15,682 bases of DNA, taken from positions 1 to 15,682 of the forward strand of contig JBBQPM010000165.1 in NCBI GenBank assembly GCA_038217425.1, given 5' to 3'. This stretch comes from Gemmatales bacterium. Lineage in GTDB: Bacteria; Planctomycetota; Planctomycetia; Gemmatales; Gemmataceae. Position 1 is the stretch's first letter. Each line of letters begins with the position of its first letter. Shown here one piece after another: positions 14,307-15,682 of this stretch. The notes beneath the pieces are model-generated. The model searched no databases and was not told where the DNA came from. It saw only the letters and a list, made by a program, of their open reading frames with translations. A program made the translations under genes and the position numbers.

Positions 14307-14633
14307 AAAGTCACTTTTTCCAGCTCAGTCTGTAAGATCCCCGACGACGCCTGGTATTCCCTTCTGAGCGGAACGGGATCGACCCGAATGATCCGCCGGC
14401 CCATCCGAGGCGTACCATGATCCTGACCGCTTTTTCGCTCACGGAGGTTCGGATTAGAACGGATTGCGCTTATCTTGCAACCGTTCCGGCGAGCCGGGAC
14501 GCGTCAGCGCCCGGAGCACAGGTGGATTGCAAGCGCACTCGCCTCCCGGCTCTGACGCGACTGGGTTCGCCGAATGCGGTGCAATCGTGAGCCGCTTTGA
14601 ATGACTGTTTTACCTTCGACAAAGGAGAATGCC

Positions 14634-15383
14634 ATGAACCGACTCAAGGGAAAAATCGCCGTCGTCACCGGGGCGTCCAAGGGCATCGGCGCCGCGATCG
14701 CCGAACATCTCGCCGCGGAAGGGGCGGCCGTCGTCGTCAATTACGCCAGCAGCAAGGCCGGCGCCGACGCCGTCGTCAAACGCATTGCCGAGAAGGATGG
14801 CCGGGCCGTCGCGGTGCAGGCCGACGTCTCCAAACACGAAGACATTCAGCGTCTGTTTGCGGAGACGAAGAAAGCGTTCGGCAACGCCGACATCCTCGTC
14901 AACAACGCGGGCATCTACGAATTTGCCCCGCTGGAAGCGATCACGCCCGAGCACTTCCACAAGCAGTTCAACCTCAACGTGCTCGGCCTGCTGCTGACGA
15001 CGCAAGAGGCCGCCAAGCACTTTGGCCCCGCCGGCGGGAGCATCGTGAATATCAGTTCCGTGGTGGCGACGCTGGCTCCGCCCAACGGTGCCGTCTACAG
15101 CGCCACCAAGGCGGCGGTCGATGCGATCACGCGGTCGCTGGCCAAGGAGTTGGGGGCGCGTCGCATCCGGGTGAACTCGATCAATCCCGGCCTGGTCGAG
15201 ACGGAAGGCCTGCTCAGCGCGGGCCTTCACGAAGGGGATTTCCGCAAGTCGATCGAGGCGCAAACGCCGCTCGGCAGGATCGGCCAACCCAATGACATCG
15301 TCGGCGCCGTCGTCTTCCTCGCGTCGCCGGAATCGTCCTGGATCACCGGCGAAACGCTCTACATCTCGGGCGGCTATCGTTAA
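14634..15383 (+). CDS. classical short-chain dehydrogenase/reductase (FabG-like 3-oxoacyl reductase family)
   Basis: ATG 14634 follows AAGGAG (14622-14627). Motifs are TGASKGIG, NNAG, the catalytic S...YSATK and a PG.V.T segment. It is 249 aa. The track start at 14601 adds 11 residues lacking a ribosome-binding site. Confidence 0.9.
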   Translation: MNRLKGKIAVVTGASKGIGAAIAEHLAAEGAAVVVNYASSKAGADAVVKRIAEKDGRAVAVQADVSKHEDIQRLFAETKKAFGNADILVNNAGIYEFAPLEAITPEHFHKQFNLNVLGLLLTTQEAAKHFGPAGGSIVNISSVVATLAPPNGAVYSATKAAVDAITRSLAKELGARRIRVNSINPGLVETEGLLSAGLHEGDFRKSIEAQTPLGRIGQPNDIVGAVVFLASPESSWITGETLYISGGYR

Positions 15384-15446
15384 ACCCCTCGCACGCCGGC
15401 TGCGACGCCCGGGCGGACGTTTCTCGGAAAATCTTGCGGAAAGTCG

Positions 15447-15476
15447 TTGACAGGGCATGTGTACATATGTTAATAT
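15447..15476 (+). promoter_or_regulatory. near-consensus sigma70-type promoter with extended -10 and an embedded palindrome
   Basis: TTGACA at 15447-15452, an 18-nt spacer, and TGtTAATAT (TG at 15468-15469, hexamer at 15471-15476). The imperfect 14-bp palindrome CATGTGTACATATG (15456-15469) sits in the spacer. This is a local AT-rich patch in GC-rich DNA, about 40 nt upstream of ATG 15518. Confidence 0.45.
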
Positions 15477-15517
15477 CTAGAAAGAGGTACTCGATCCCCT
15501 TGCCCTGGAGATTCGCC

Positions 15518-15682
15518 ATGATCGCCTGCCCCCCGCTTTCGACGCCCGCCGAGTTCCGTGCCGCGTTCGCTTCCGTCGTCAGCCTCGAGGATTTGCAAGC
15601 CCTGGCCCGCGTTCTCTTGAACCGGGCGCTCGAAGGCAATCTGACCGCCGCCAAGATGGTGCTGACGTACGTGATGGGCAAG
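15518..15682 (+). CDS. partial hypothetical protein (5-prime end only, runs off the window)
   Basis: ATG 15518 follows GGAG (15507-15510). 55 codons stay open to the window edge with GC-rich third positions (MIACPPLSTPAEFRAAFASVVSLEDLQALARVLLNRALEGNLTAAKMVLTYVMGK). It is absent from the track because it has no stop. The antisense track ORF 15343..15681 crosses the promoter and the SDR 3-prime end and is less plausible. Confidence 0.5.
   Translation, partial: MIACPPLSTPAEFRAAFASVVSLEDLQALARVLLNRALEGNLTAAKMVLTYVMGK

Noticed and set aside
14291-14320. Hairpin CGCCCC-ATCC-GGGGCG followed by TTTTT as a terminator
   Set aside because: The T-run sits 8 nt away from the stem, and no plus-strand gene ends upstream. 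On the minus strand there is no U-tract.
14089-14404. Upstream extension of the 561-aa ORF, and the 91-aa ORF 14129..14404, as possible coding sequence or a frameshifted gene
   Set aside because: GC3 is lower here, three perfect hairpins lie in the region, and I see no ribosome-binding site. The peptides resemble translated palindromic repeats. I treat the region as non-coding leader or REP-like sequence, and I have not strictly excluded a short N-terminal extension from ATG 14151.
15384-15430. Possible rho-independent terminator after the SDR gene (CGCCCGGGCG followed by GTTTCTC)
   Set aside because: The stem is only about 3-5 bp with essentially no loop, and the T-tract is weak. This is not convincing.
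15343-15681. 112-aa minus-strand ORF at the right edge
   Set aside because: It would run through the AT-rich promoter patch and into the 3-prime end of the SDR gene. The opposite strand has a better ORF with a ribosome-binding site and GC-rich third positions.
1-15682. tRNA, rRNA, CRISPR arrays, transposases, integrases, terminal inverted repeats
   Set aside because: Visual scanning of both strands found no regularly spaced direct repeats, no cloverleaf-like segments, no rRNA-like conserved blocks and no DDE- or tyrosine-recombinase-like ORFs. A computational scan (tRNAscan, Rfam, ISfinder) would be needed for certainty.

Overview
This is a GC-rich window whose gene content looks like Planctomycetota or the wider PVC group. 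The clearest marker is a large secreted PSCyt/DUF1587/DUF1592/DUF1595/DUF1588/DUF1585-type protein with two CxxCH motifs. I support 13 coding regions and found no rRNA, tRNA, CRISPR array or transposase.

The main item is a tightly packed convergent cluster at about 2947-11381.
- **Plus strand, five genes:** a GMC flavoprotein oxidoreductase, a phosphatidylserine-decarboxylase-like pyruvoyl enzyme, a membrane-anchored VAO/ALO/DprE1-like flavoprotein, a 683-aa tandem class-III aminotransferase and a DUF962/Mpo1-like membrane protein. They are separated by 13-, 13- and 7-nt gaps, and the last pair overlaps by 44 nt.
- **Minus strand, two genes:** a class-I SAM methyltransferase followed by an SQD2-like GT4 lipid glycosyltransferase, converging on the plus-strand genes.

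I read this cluster as a candidate, apparently undescribed pathway for modifying a membrane-lipid head group, possibly producing an amino or N-methylamino glycolipid. That is inference from domain logic, not a demonstrated function.

Flanking genes are a small ORF translationally coupled to the PSCyt protein, a secreted Kelch beta-propeller, a membrane-anchored hypothetical protein, a classical SDR and a partial ORF at the right edge. That partial ORF sits behind a near-consensus sigma70-like promoter in a local AT-rich patch.

Many long Arg/Ala/Gly/Pro-rich ORFs in the track are off-frame or antisense shadows typical of high-GC DNA, and I rejected them.
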